The position numbers were made by a program, and so were the translations under genes. From assembly GCA_904063045.1 (NCBI GenBank), contig CAJFCJ010000005.1:821988-885987 (forward strand): 64,000 bases of DNA. Direction: 5' to 3'. Under the pieces are notes generated by a model that worked only from the letters and a program-made list of their open reading frames with translations, was not told the origin of the DNA and ran no database searches. This DNA is from Dimorphilus gyrociliatus. Its lineage: Eukaryota; Animalia; Annelida. How positions within the stretch are numbered: position 1 is the first letter of the stretch; each line of letters starts with the position of its first letter. Of the stretch, positions 1-12,302 are shown one piece after another.

Positions 1-553
1 AAGAAATTTAATTAAAGTTTCATAATTCTTCATAATTATTTACCGTTTACGAATATTTTCATCTCTATCTTTCCAAGTTTCATGACTTTGCGATTAACGC
101 CATCTATTAACAGTCATTTTTAAAGCGACATCTAGTGTGTGTCACTAATATGTTTCAAAGTCGGATTTTTCTAACCTATTACACGATTAAAAATCGAGAA
201 AGAATAAGAAATATATAGATATATATAGTTTGTACAATTTTTGAAAATTTTATCTGTTGTTAAGTTGAAAATGCTTAGTTGAAAAATAAAACTCATTCTA
301 CTTGGCTATATCTTTGTTATATAAATATGAAAATAATGTAAAAAATTAGTTTTTACGCTCGAAAAGAAAATAAAATGGTTAAAAATATTATTAAATATTA
401 TTAACCATTTTAAAAAGTAAAATTTTATGACCAAAAACCAGTTTAAAATAGACTTTTGTATTTCCCGCAAAATTTCTACTACGTACGTATCCCATGATAT
501 GAAGCCTAATTAAAAGTCGGTTTTTCTCGGCAAAGGTTATTCCGAAAATGCGA

Positions 554-658
554 CCAATCAAAATTGTTGATTTTCAGTCGTCACAGGTCACGTGACGTGA
601 ACTTCCCTGCTCGGCTATTTCCGTCACTCGTCACACTCTTTCGCAGTCGCCATATTGG
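554..658 (+). promoter_or_regulatory. Putative CBP proximal promoter motif cluster (CCAAT, palindromic E-box/CLEAR-type GTCACGTGAC with overlapping CRE-like TGACGT, YY1-type CGCCATATT)
   Basis: CCAAT 554-558; GTCACGTGAC 587-596; TGACGT 593-598; CGCCATATT 648-656 overlapping ATTGG 654-658. All lie in a locally GC-richer patch 360-470 nt upstream of the CBP ATG. Motif matches only, no functional data. Confidence 0.45.
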
Positions 659-1018
659 CAGAACGGCTCGGAAAAAGGTGATTTTTGGCTGCAAAATTCA
701 CCATCAACCTGGCAACTTATCTGCAATTTTTTGATGTTCAATTACAAAGTTAACCTCGAAGAATAATATAAGGCTGGGATTACCTGGATTAACCGCAGAT
801 TAACGAAGCGATTAGCTGTCGAAATTCGACTATATTTCGATATCTGAAAATTGCGAAAAATTCAAAGACGTCCTAAAAATGTTCAGAAATCGATAATCGG
901 TTATCGAATGGTACATGACAAGTTTAAAAAGCGATTTGGGAAATTTGGTTGATAAGGAATTACGTTTTGGACGTTTTTTTTGGCAGGTTTTATTGAGCCT
1001 TATATATTCTATTAGAAA

Positions 1019-4000
1019 ATGGCGGACGGTCACGAGGGTCCGCCAGCTAAGAGACAGAAAATTAACTCTCCTTCTGCGGCTGGTGGTGATGGAACGAGTA
1101 AGTTTGATTAAAAGCTAAATTATTTTACGAATGCAAACAATAGTTTATGTATTATTTTTCTAATTTTGTAGTAAATCAGTTTGTTTACATCGTAGGCGGG
1201 GAGGCGTGACCTCTTTCGTCGGTTATTTCTTAATATTTTCCTCTTAAATCCATGGAATTTTTAGATTTCTTTCACCAGAACTTAAAGCATATAAACTAGA
1301 AATTAAAAAATACCCTATGACCGATTAGGGATGGGAAATCGGATGTTTTTACCTCGATAACAGTCACTTTGCTACTTAAATTTTCAAACCGGCCTCTCAT
1401 CTGAAACATTTTTTTCTCTTAAAACCTCTAATATGTAACAAAATTCTTAAGAAGGTTTCTATTTCATTGGGCCAAGATATCTTGTTCTTCATCCTGCTAT
1501 ATTTAGTCAACACTATGTAGACTTGGACTTATAAAAAATGGATTGTATTAACCGTTATTCTGGTTTATTTGATTAATCCTCAATCTAAAACAAGTATTTC
1601 TGCCCCTCATAAATTCGCCTTAGTGAACATTTCGATTATGTACATTTATTTTCTGTTTCGGCAATTCGTTACAATGCTTAACATTTACTAAATAGTCTAG
1701 ACACAAGCATTTAAAAATCTTGTCACATCAGATATAAAGTCAACAGTTCTTGCACAATTACTTCTTCTAAGGAAAAAAGTTGTTAATATTTAATAATGTA
1801 ATAGAAAGGAGGATTAAAACAAATCTGTCTTTATGAATGAAAATTTAAGTTATGATAATATTTACTGTAGTAATAGTGAATTAGTATTATAGTATATTAA
1901 AACATAAACGTAAATTATTCAATGAATATTTCATTTATTATAACTTATCACAGATTTAATGGAAATACTCAAAGATGTGCCGGACGAATTAGAACTTACA
2001 AACGCTGTCAATGGAAATCCTAACTTATCTTCTCTTCTTAGCACTAATTCAACGGCAACCATTTGCAGTTCCACACTACCTATACAGAACAATTCCAATC
2101 TTGCTACGTCAACACCTCAAATCCAATTGCAGACAAACCCGCGCAGTGGAACACCAACAAGCCTGCCGGACTTGTTGGCGCCCGGGAACTGCGCGACTCC
2201 TCCTAATGTTAGTATTAGTAATGTCCTACGATCAATTGGACCTGGAGCTACCGGCCAAGGTCAGAGAGCCATAATGAATGGCCCAATGCAACATGGTATG
2301 ATGCCACAGCGACCTACTGGAATGGTCCATGGCATCCAACAGGGGCAAAATCAGATAGGAAATCAGAGAGCCATGATGAACGGCCCGAATATGCCCCAAC
2401 AGCCGCAGCAAGCACAGCAACCCCAACAGCAAATTGGAGGAATGATGCAACAGAGACATACAATTCCACAATCACCTATGATGCAGTCGCGTTTATCTAC
2501 ACCTCAACCCCAGCATCCCCGAATGACACCAGGAAATTCAGGTGGACAAATGATCGGATTGTCGCAGCATATGCAACCAACTCATTCTACGGTATGTATT
2601 GTTTTTCTAAATGAACTTTTCAACAAAATAAGAAATGAAAAACTTAAAATTAAAATCAATGCTTTTGTGAATAACTTTCCAAGTTGAAAATGCCAAATTA
2701 AATTCAAGTATCTCAGTTATATTAAACAATAACAACCGTTAATTTAACAATTTTGCAGAAGGTTATAGAAAATTATACATATGCACCTGATGTTTTGCAA
2801 GTACGTAAAAAAAAATGCCATGATTTCATCAGCTTTTAAAATGATTGTTTAATGATAGAAATCATTGATTTATTTGTTGCTTAAACTAGGACCAAAACTT
2901 TTGGAGAATTAAATGCATTCATTCTTGCTTGAAAAAATTATGTTAGATTTTAATTTTCTTTTGTAAAGCTCTTTCACCTGCCTTAAGACAAGCAATATAA
3001 TTTTTACACCATATATCTCATTTGTTATTAACATTCGTTATGCATTATAATTTACATGATTTTAATTTTTTTAGCCGCAACTCATATCCGTCGTTTCAAC
3101 GATGCCTAGCCTAAGCCAACCCCAGCAGCAATATACGATTTCATCGAGTCTACCGCAGCCATCTCCAACACTACCACCAGCCACTGCAACAACGACGGCA
3201 GCCGCAGCTGCAGCGACAACCCCAGGAACAGTAGCTGATCCGGAGAAGCGAAAGCTAATCCAGCAGCAATTAGTTCTTCTTCTTCACGCTCATAAATGTC
3301 AAAGGAGAGAACAAAATAACGGAGCATCGCAATGTACCCTTCCACACTGCAAGACCATGAAAAATGTTTTAAATCATATGACACAGTGTAGTGCTGGGAA
3401 AGCTTGTCAAGTTGCTCATTGTGCAAGTTCAAGACAAATAATATCGCATTGGAAAAATTGTACGAGACCCGATTGTCCTGTTTGCTTGCCTTTGAAAACG
3501 GCAAATGAAAAACATAAACCAATTACACAAGCGACTAATGGACAACAGGTTTGTAAAATGTTTTTTCGATTTTAATTATAGCATATATATTTATACATTA
3601 TTTCAATATTTTAAATTTATAAACACTTTCCACAGGTGACAACAGCTAATACAGTAGTCGAGAATAACGCTGCTAGGGCTTATAAAGCCCTAGGAATCCC
3701 GGAACCAACACCTGCCTCTGTTAGTCAAACGACAACAGTCGCTCAGCCGACAAATAGTGTCATGCTATCTCCTGAAAAACGCCAGATTAAGCAAAGTAAC
3801 ATTGGTTTGATCTCGAGTCAACTGCAGCAAGAACCTGTTCAATCGGATACGGGTATTGTGGCTGGTCAAAACGTGCCAACAAAAGAATGGCATGTTCATG
3901 TGAAACAAGATTTGCGGAATCATCTTGTACACAAATTAGTACAGGCTATATTTCCAGCACCAGATCCTGCTGCTTACAGGGATAAAAGAATGAAAAATCT

Positions 4001-7000
4001 AGTTGATTATGCGAGGAAGGTAGTGATGATTTAACATTGCAATAACTCTTTCTAAACAAAGTACTTATTTTTGTTTAAATTGCAGGTTGAAAGTGACATG
4101 TACGATTCAGCAAATTCTAGGGAAGAATATTATCATCTTCTTGCTGAAAAAATATATAAAATTCAAAAAGAATTAGAAGAAAAGCGGATGAAACGCAGCC
4201 AACCTAGTGGGCCGGCTACGTCCAATCCAGGTGCGCCAGCAAATGTTGTACCGGGACGAATAGGGGTGGCTCCAAATGTATTAGCTGGCCAACCACCCTC
4301 ACTCCCACCCTATAGGTCCATACCGGTTATGAATCCACCTAATCCACCGAATTTACCGTCAGTGCAACAACCTACAGATTCAAATATACCTCAAGGTTTG
4401 AAAATATTTCATAATCATGTAAACTTGAAATACTAACATTGAACTCTTCTCATAGTTGAAACAAATGAACTAATAAAGCAAGAGCCAATAAAGCAAGAGC
4501 CCATTGATAATGAAATATTAAGATCAGAAATGGAGACCCCGAATGGCCCAATATCTGATGAGGGAATTAAAAAAGAGACTATAATAAAGACTGAAAAGGA
4601 GGAAACAACAACAACAACAACAACTACCACAACAGCTCCAGCTACAAAATCACCAAATGAACCTTCCGGATCTACGGAAATTGTTCGTACATCGAATCAA
4701 CCTAAAGAAGTCAAAAAGATTGTATTTAGTCCAGACGAACTTCATCAGGCTCTTAAACCTGTTCTAGAAAAATTATATTATCTAGAACCTGAGTCTATGC
4801 CTTTTAGGCAACCTGTTGATCCCATAATCCTGCAGATTCCGGTAAGATTGAAATATTTTTTAAAAGAATGCGGTTGATAAATGCATAATATTTTCAGGAC
4901 TACTTTGATATAATAAAAAAGCCAATGGATTTATCAACAATCAGGCGAAAACTTGTAAATGGCCAATTCGAAGATCCTTGGCAGTTTTGTGAAGATATTT
5001 GGCTCATGTTAGAAAACGCTTGGTTATATAATAGAAAGACTTCACGAGTGTATAAATACTGTAACAAACTGGCAGAAGTATTCACTCAGGAAATTGATGA
5101 AGTCATGCACTCGTTAGGTTATTGCTGCGGTCGAAAATATGAATATCATCCGCAAGTTTTATGTTGCTATGGAAAGCCAATGTGTACTATTCCTAGAGAT
5201 GCTACGTATTTCTCATATGAAAATAGGTTAGTTAAGAAATTTAAGTTTTTCTTTTTTATTTTTTTTTTGACTTTATAAGTACAAAATGTAATCTAAAGTG
5301 CATTTAAGGCAGATTGATTTAGAGACAATGCTTAAGTTACCAATGAATCGGTATATTTTAGAATAAGGAAATTTTTAAATAATGATTATTTCTTATAGTT
5401 TACTTATAAAAAGATAAAAATTTTTATTTTTTTTCAGATACGTTTATTGTGAAAAATGCTTCAATGACATAAAATCAGACGAAGTTGAGCTCAATGAAGA
5501 TCCAACAGCTCCGCCAAGTGTCATTCCAAAAACCAAATTTAAGCGCGAAAAGAATAATGTCTTGGAACCGGAACCTTTTGTACATTGCGAAGGATGCGGT
5601 AGAAAATGGCATCAGATTTGCGCCCTATATCTAGAGCCAATTAATAAACAATTTAGCTGTGAATTGTGTCAAAAGAGAGCTCCCGAGAAGAAACTTAAAG
5701 ACAATCGATTCTCTGCTAAACGTTTACCTAATACGAAATTGGGTACGTATTTAGAAAATCGAATTAATTCTTTCCTTAAGAATAAAGATGCTGGAGCTGG
5801 TGAGGTTACGATAAGAGTTCTTGCTAGTTCGGATAAAACTGTCGAAGTAAAGCCTCTAATGAAAAGTCGATTTACGAATATGCCTGAGACTTTTCCTTAT
5901 AAAACTAAGGCAATGTTTGCTTTTGAGGATATTGATGGTGTTGACGTATGCTTCTTCGGAATGCATGTCCAGGAATATGGCTCCGAATGTCCATCACCCA
6001 ACAAGAGGAGGGTGTATATCGCTTATTTAGATTCTGTGCACTTTTTTCAACCTAAAGCATTTAGAACTTCCGTTTATCATGAAATGCTGATTGGTTACTT
6101 GGACTATGTGAAATCTTTGGGATATACAACAGCTCATATTTGGGCGTGCCCACCATCTGAGGGCGATGATTACATTTTCCATTGTCATCCGCCTGAACAA
6201 AAAATTCCGAAACCAAAAAGACTGCAGGATTGGTATAAGAAGATGCTGGATAAAGCCGTTGTTGAAAGAGTAGTACTGGACTATAAGGATATCTATAAAG
6301 ATGCTATAGAGACAGGGTTAACCTCAGCTACTGAGCTGCCATATTTTGATGGAGATTTCTGGCCGAACGTACTGGAAGATTGTATTAAAGAACTTGAAAC
6401 TGAAGAAGAAGAAAAGAGGAAAAGGAAAGAAGAAGAAGAAGCCATAAAAGAAGAGGAAGATTCAACAGAAATATTTGAAACTGATCCGGATGGTATGGAT
6501 AGCGGTAAAGCGACAGGTAAGAAGAAAGGCCAAAACAGATCTAAAAAATTAAATAAGACTAAGAGTAATCAAAGAAAAAATTCGAAGAAAGCGCCATTAG
6601 CTCATGGTGGAAATGATCTAACAGCAAAATTATTTGCCACAATGGAAAAACATAAAGAAGTATTTTTTGTTATTCGTTTACATTCTGCTCATGTGGCGCA
6701 ATCTCTTCCTCCAATTGTTGATCCTGATTCTTTAATTCCGTGTGATATCATGGATGGACGTGATGCATTCTTAACTTCAGCTAGAGAGAAACATCACGAA
6801 TTTTCAAGTTTACGGCGAGCTAAATATTCAACATTAGCTTTACTGCATGATTTGCACAACCAGGGTAACTCTTTTGTTTATACCTGTAATAATTGCAAAG
6901 ATCAAGTCGACACTCGTTATCATTGTACGGTCTGCGAAGACTTTGATTTATGTAAAGTTTGTTATGAGAAGAAGGTACACGCTGAACATAAGATGGAGAA

Positions 7001-8212
7001 GTTAAGCTTCAACTTCGACGATTCGGATAGCAGCAATAATGACAATAAGGATAATCCAGCCGAGAACAGGCGAATGTCGATTCAAAGGTGCATACAATCC
7101 CTGGTTCATGCTTGTATGTGTCGCGATGCTAATTGTAGACTGCAAAGCTGTCAGAAGATGAAGAGAGTTGTTATGCATACAAAGAGCTGTAAGAGAAAAC
7201 AGAATGGAGGATGCCCTATCTGCAAGCAGTTGATAGCTTTATGTTGCTATCATGCCAAACATTGCTCGGAAAGCAAATGTCCTGTGCCTTTCTGTTTGAA
7301 TATCAAGCAGAAATTAAAACAACAGCAGCAGCAAGCTAGGTTCCAACAAGATCATATGATGAGGAGGCGTATGGCAGCCATGCAAATGCAGAATCAGAAT
7401 CAGACTCCTAGAACAATACAACCTCCTCCTCCGCCAGCACCCCCTCCCCAACCTAGTCAAAGCCCAGCCGTTGGTAAACCTGTAATCCCAAATCATAATA
7501 ATATGCCTAGAGCGGTGCATCAACAAGTTATATCACAGAACCAAATGAACGCAGGGAAACCTATGATCAATTCTCAACAGCCAAATCAGTTGAGGACAGC
7601 CTTGCCGTCAATTAGCACTCATGGCTGGGTGGGTTATCAGCCTCCACAGCAGCCGCAACAACAGCCGCAGCATCAACAACACGTCGGTCCTCCAAATGCG
7701 ACTATACCTCAAGCGCAACATACGAGGATGCCACAACCTCCAAGGCACAACATTCCACAGCAAGCCCTGGCTCAATTATTGCAAACATTGAAATCGCCTA
7801 GTAGCCCTCAGCAGCAGGCAGAAGTATTAAAGATACTTAAATCGAATCCCCAATTAATGACTGCATTTATCAAGCAGGTAAGTTTAATAAATAATTATTG
7901 AGATAATCAGTAGTAAAACAACATTCATTTTTTCAGAGAGGGCATGGCCAAAATCCGAATGCTGCCGCCGCCGCTGCAGCTGCTCAACAACAGCAACAAC
8001 AGCAACAGCAGCAGCAGCAACAACAAGTAGTCAATCAAAGTGCTCCATCAAATAGTTGCGTAACAACGACGGTAATGCAGCAAGCCACGCAGCAACCAAG
8101 TGCTGATCAAAGACAATGGCTGAATCGACAGCCGAGCAATCAGCAAAGTAACGGCGCTGAACAAGAAATTTCACCGCAGGATCAACTGCAACGGTACGTG
8201 GATCATTTGTAG
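1019..8212 (+). CDS. CBP: CREB-binding protein / p300 histone acetyltransferase, 9 exons, 1771 aa
   Basis: Exons 1019-1097, 1954-2591, 3075-3548, 3636-4019, 4086-4395, 4456-4841, 4898-5226, 5438-7877, 7937-8212: all GT-AG, phases compatible, 5316 nt in total. Domains in canonical order: N-terminal [17 protein letters not shown]1 ([19 protein letters not shown]), KIX ([25 protein letters not shown]...[21 protein letters not shown]), bromodomain ([12 protein letters not shown]...[15 protein letters not shown]), RING/PHD, HAT ([40 protein letters not shown]), ZZ, TAZ2, NCBD ([38 protein letters not shown]) and C-terminal [13 protein letters not shown]. Confidence 0.97.
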
Positions 8213-8473
8213 AATAATTTTTTAATTAATAAAAAAGGACGGTTTTTTATACGATCATATAAATGCGGTTTGTTCGTTTTGCGGTTTTGATTATTCTGTT
8301 CTTTTTATATGAAAGTTGTTCGTTGTACAAAAGCTGTGCTTACATGCGATAATCGAATGACTTTTCCATGTTTTTTTTCACATTATCATGTTAATATTTC
8401 TATAGACATAAGACTATTGATCCGTAAGAAATGTGACTATTAAATATTTGAATTAATGTATTGATGCTGTATA

Positions 8474-8635
8474 TAGATTATATATATGTATGTATATAAA
8501 AAAGAGATATATATATATATATATTTCACATATTCATTATATATATACATACATATATATATACAAATATATATATATATTTATATATAAAAAACATATA
8601 TATATATATATATATTTATATATAAATATATACAT
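8474..8635. repeat. Interrupted (AT)n microsatellite downstream of CBP
   Basis: Long TA-dinucleotide run with interruptions; it generates the spurious YIYIY ORFs 8490-8855 and 8537-8719. Confidence 0.9.
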
Positions 8636-9736
8636 ATTACATAGCTTTCCAGATATTGCGACTGTTGCAGTTGTTTTCAAATACAATCTATTTATTGTAA
8701 TTCGTAAACAAGTCTTCACAACGATAGAAATCGTCTTCGGTTATAAAGTATTCAATTTTATTTACCTAAATATATATCTATTACAAATATTTCTGATGGT
8801 ATTAGATTTTGGAGTTTTAACACAAAATATTGGTGTTATTTCATTTGGGAACTGATATCGGTCATTGTTACATTGTTTACTTACATATATTTATATATTT
8901 ATATCTATTATACTTATAAGTCAAAATTTGTATATGGGTATAAAAAATCCACTGTACTTCGTTTTTCTATTTAGCAGCTTGTTCAATTAGTCAAAATGTC
9001 GAACGAAAATTTTTGATGAAATAGTGTGAGCTTTTCATTTCTTGCTTGTTCAAACTTTATTCTGTTGGTTTGAATAAGCAAAAAAAAGCAAACTGTACAC
9101 GGATTACGTTAAATTTTGAAATAAAATGGAACCAATAGGACTTTTTATAACAGCGAAAAGAAAAGTATATATATCTTATCAATTTCTTACAACTACTTTA
9201 TAAGTATTTAACAGCTATCTGGATTAAAAGAGAAATCTTTGATTTATATTTCAGTTTGACGTACAACAATTTAAGGAATTTTTTATCCTGTTTTTTTATG
9301 GAATAATGAGTTGAGAAACCGAATTATCTCACTATTAATCTGGAATGATAATTAGCCTTAATTATGTGTATAATTATATGTAAGATAATAGAATAATTGA
9401 CTTAAATCAAGCAATAGAATTTATTTATTGGCATTAGATGATAACTAGAAAGCGAAGTTGTTATCACATCAAAAAAAGTGTAAGAGAGAGAAAGAGCTTT
9501 AAATGCAGTATTAGACTATTTTTCATATTTAGATAATTGATGATTTCTTCAGTGATAATGAAAAAGTATCTAAGATGTAGATTTTGAAGAGAGTATGATC
9601 ATCCTTAAAGAATTACAGCATGTATAACAATTATTGAACATGAAAATTTATCTATATTTCTCACTTTTATTGAAAATTCTTTTGAAAAGCTGAAAAGCGG
9701 TAATATCTTCGTTTACTTAGCAATTTGAGTGTTACC

Positions 9737-10582
9737 TCAATAAATATATACTCCACAATCTTTCTCGTAATGAGAATACCCTTTAAAATCATATAGAGGA
9801 TTCTCGACAGATTGAGTTTCTGTGTTAAGGAAACACTCTCTCTCATTCGGAGAAAAGTCGAATGATCTGGAAATGAAGTAAAAGCATTTTTTTTTTAAAT
9901 AAACTTTACTGATTTTATTAAGTTTTTAAATTATTAGCTAAATGTTTAATTAATTATAAATTCATATTACCTGCATGGAAACTTCTTCTCAGTTAAACAA
10001 GCAGTCCTACAATCCTCCATGTAAGACGCGTGTATTAGGCCGTTGAAAGTTTTTGGCAGAACCTTATCTTTAAATTCAATGAACTTGCAATCTTTCAGAG
10101 AAAGAACTCGCGTTTATTGTCCATGAAGGTAACTTTATAAAATGATACTTACCGCAAACCTTCTCGAAGTATGTCCACTGCTTATTGTCCTTCAAGTAGG
10201 ACATTTTTAAATCTTTTGTACTCTTGTAAAGGCGACATGTTCTCATTGTAGAGTAGCTCAATGATCTTTTAATGCGATAAAATCAATAACGCAGTGAATA
10301 AAGAGCAATTATACAGCTTTTAATTACCTGCATTCGAATTTTGTTTCATTAGCGCATAGTTGTTTACATTCCTCGACGCTATAAGACACCTCGTCAAATT
10401 CTGGGTCACTTCCTTGCAGTATTTTCCCTCCAATCTCTTGAAATCTGCAATCTATTCGAAAGAAGATATGTAACATGTGCAATGGAAATAGTAATATTAT
10501 AATCGTTTTCACCTTGGAAGCTAAGATTAACAGATAGGAAAACGAAGAGGAAGACAATTGTAAGATGTTTAAAATCGTTCAT
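9737..10582 (-). CDS. Small secreted protein with two PAN/apple domains, 5 exons, 185 aa
   Basis: Exons (- strand) 10582-10513 (signal peptide MNDFKHLTIVFLFVFLSVNLSFQ), 10451-10328, 10265-10153, 10091-9971, 9866-9737. Each domain has the 6-Cys apple pattern (DCRFQ...EECKQLCANETKFECR/SLSY...TCRLY...FEKVC) and is split by a phase-2 intron at C-R/S. The 558 nt are in frame; the last exon end could alternatively splice at GGA/GTATAT. Confidence 0.85.
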
Positions 10583-11478
10583 AATTCCTGATGGAAGGTG
10601 GTTAGACGAAGTTATTTGATGGAGTGCAATATAATTTTTCCGCATTTGTCGGCTAATTATACATAATAGGATAATCCTTTTTTTTATGATCCGTCAACCT
10701 CTTTTTTCTTTCGAATGACCAATTATAACGGAAAAATCTTTGTTGTTCCTCTCTTTTTCCTCCCACCTACTAGGGATTTTCCATTTTCTTCACAAATTCT
10801 TTTGAAGATATATCTTTCTTTGCATTCTCTCCGCCGCCCGCCCTTTTCTCTTTAGCTGTTGTCTCGGTGGAGAAGTAGACAAACGTCCGTACAGTTTTAA
10901 CGAGAACTACCTGAAATCTTTTTCCCTTAGGAGATTATTGTTAATGTAAATTGATATTTAAATTTATACATTTAAACCTTTCATAAACTATTTATAGCAA
11001 GAATGTTAGGCCTACGCTAATAACTTGGCTTATCAAATAATATTACGTCGATTAGATTAATCGCTATTAAGTTAACTAAATCTTACTGAACGTTCTCTTA
11101 TAATTGCAACTAGCTGCGCCATTGTGTTTTCATATTTAAATAACAATTCGTATTAATGACGCCTATGATAGAACGAATATAGAAACGGGGGTTGAGGATT
11201 AATAAACTAAACCATTTATCACCTTCTAACTAATTAACCCTATTATGGGAAAAAAACTTGCTAATGGCTAGTTTTTAACCCCTAAATATAGGTTCAATTT
11301 AACAAGAGATATTACTTTGAAGTTAATCTTTACTGAGGCATTGATATAGAGAATTAATAATAGATGAACAAGTGATTTTATAAGCAACATACACAAAGTA
11401 TATGATATGATTCGTTATTGTTTAACCTTAAGTTGAAATCATATGAATATTTAACAATAAGTTGTCAGTCTACCTATT

Positions 11479-11634
11479 TATTCATCTAATCTATCTATCT
11501 ATCCATCTATCCATCCATCCATCCATCCATCCAACGATCCATCTACCCATCCGTCTACTTATCTATCTACCTACTTATCTATCTATCTATCCATCAACTT
11601 ATCTCTCTCTCTCTCTGTCGTCTCTCTGTCTCTG

Positions 11635-11666
<32 letters not shown>

Positions 11667-11700
11667 ACTTTCCTATCTATATCTATACATCTATCTGTTC
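11479..11700. repeat. Compound microsatellite (TATC)n/(CCAT)n/(CT)n
   Basis: Adjacent tetra- and dinucleotide runs; they explain ORFs 11462-11737 and 11594-11800. Confidence 0.9.
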
Positions 11701-12302
11701 CATTCTCTCTATCGTTATCTATGTGATATATTGTTAAGAATGTTGAATGTTTTCTCCTAGTGAAGAGAATAAACAAGTTTAAAAAAAACTGAGAAAACAA
11801 AGGATTGTAGAAGCACTCGATTGTCTCTCTACAAAGAGTAGGTAATTAACACTTGGCAAATATCACAAAGTTGAAAATAGTACAAACAAAATGTATATGT
11901 ATATTTAAATTCATGGTACAATCAATGAAATACAGATAAGGTGAGAAGAAGAAGAAGAAGAAGGAGGAGGAGACGTACGCTAAACATATATTTATATTTG
12001 TATATTGGGCAATAAGACTGAAAGGGAAAAAAACAAAGAATACACCTAATTCAGGTGACTAATGAGCGATTGTTTAAAAATAGAAGAAAAGCGTAAAATA
12101 TCATAGAATTCCCTCTAATTCCTCAACTTATGTTTTATTCTTGCACGTAATCAAACGTTTAATCAAGAATTGTTAGCAAACAAATACTGAATGAAAAGAG
12201 CGAAAACACATTTTAAAGTCGTTTAAATGCATGGTTTTTAAAGTGTAAACGTGCCAAAACGTTTTTTAGAATCAGTCCAATAAGTTAGCTCGTCACGGCG
12301 TT

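Noticed and set aside
44-83. Possible first exon of a divergent - strand gene (ATG at 83, MKLGKIEMKIFVN then G/GTAAAT)
   Set aside because: Only 13 codons at the window edge with no recognisable homology; it cannot be supported without upstream sequence.
3106-7526. Antisense ORFs inside CBP (3106-3522, 4433-4630, 4900-5085, 7314-7526, also 2232-2471)
   Set aside because: Shadow frames of a strongly supported coding gene with no domain similarity.
8490-8855. 121-aa and 60-aa ORFs rich in Y/I
   Set aside because: Translation of an (AT)n microsatellite.
11462-11800. ORFs with IHPS/LSLS/RERE repeats (also 35525-35773, 35993-36295, 40499-40732)
   Set aside because: Translations of TATC/CCAT/GA/GACA microsatellites.
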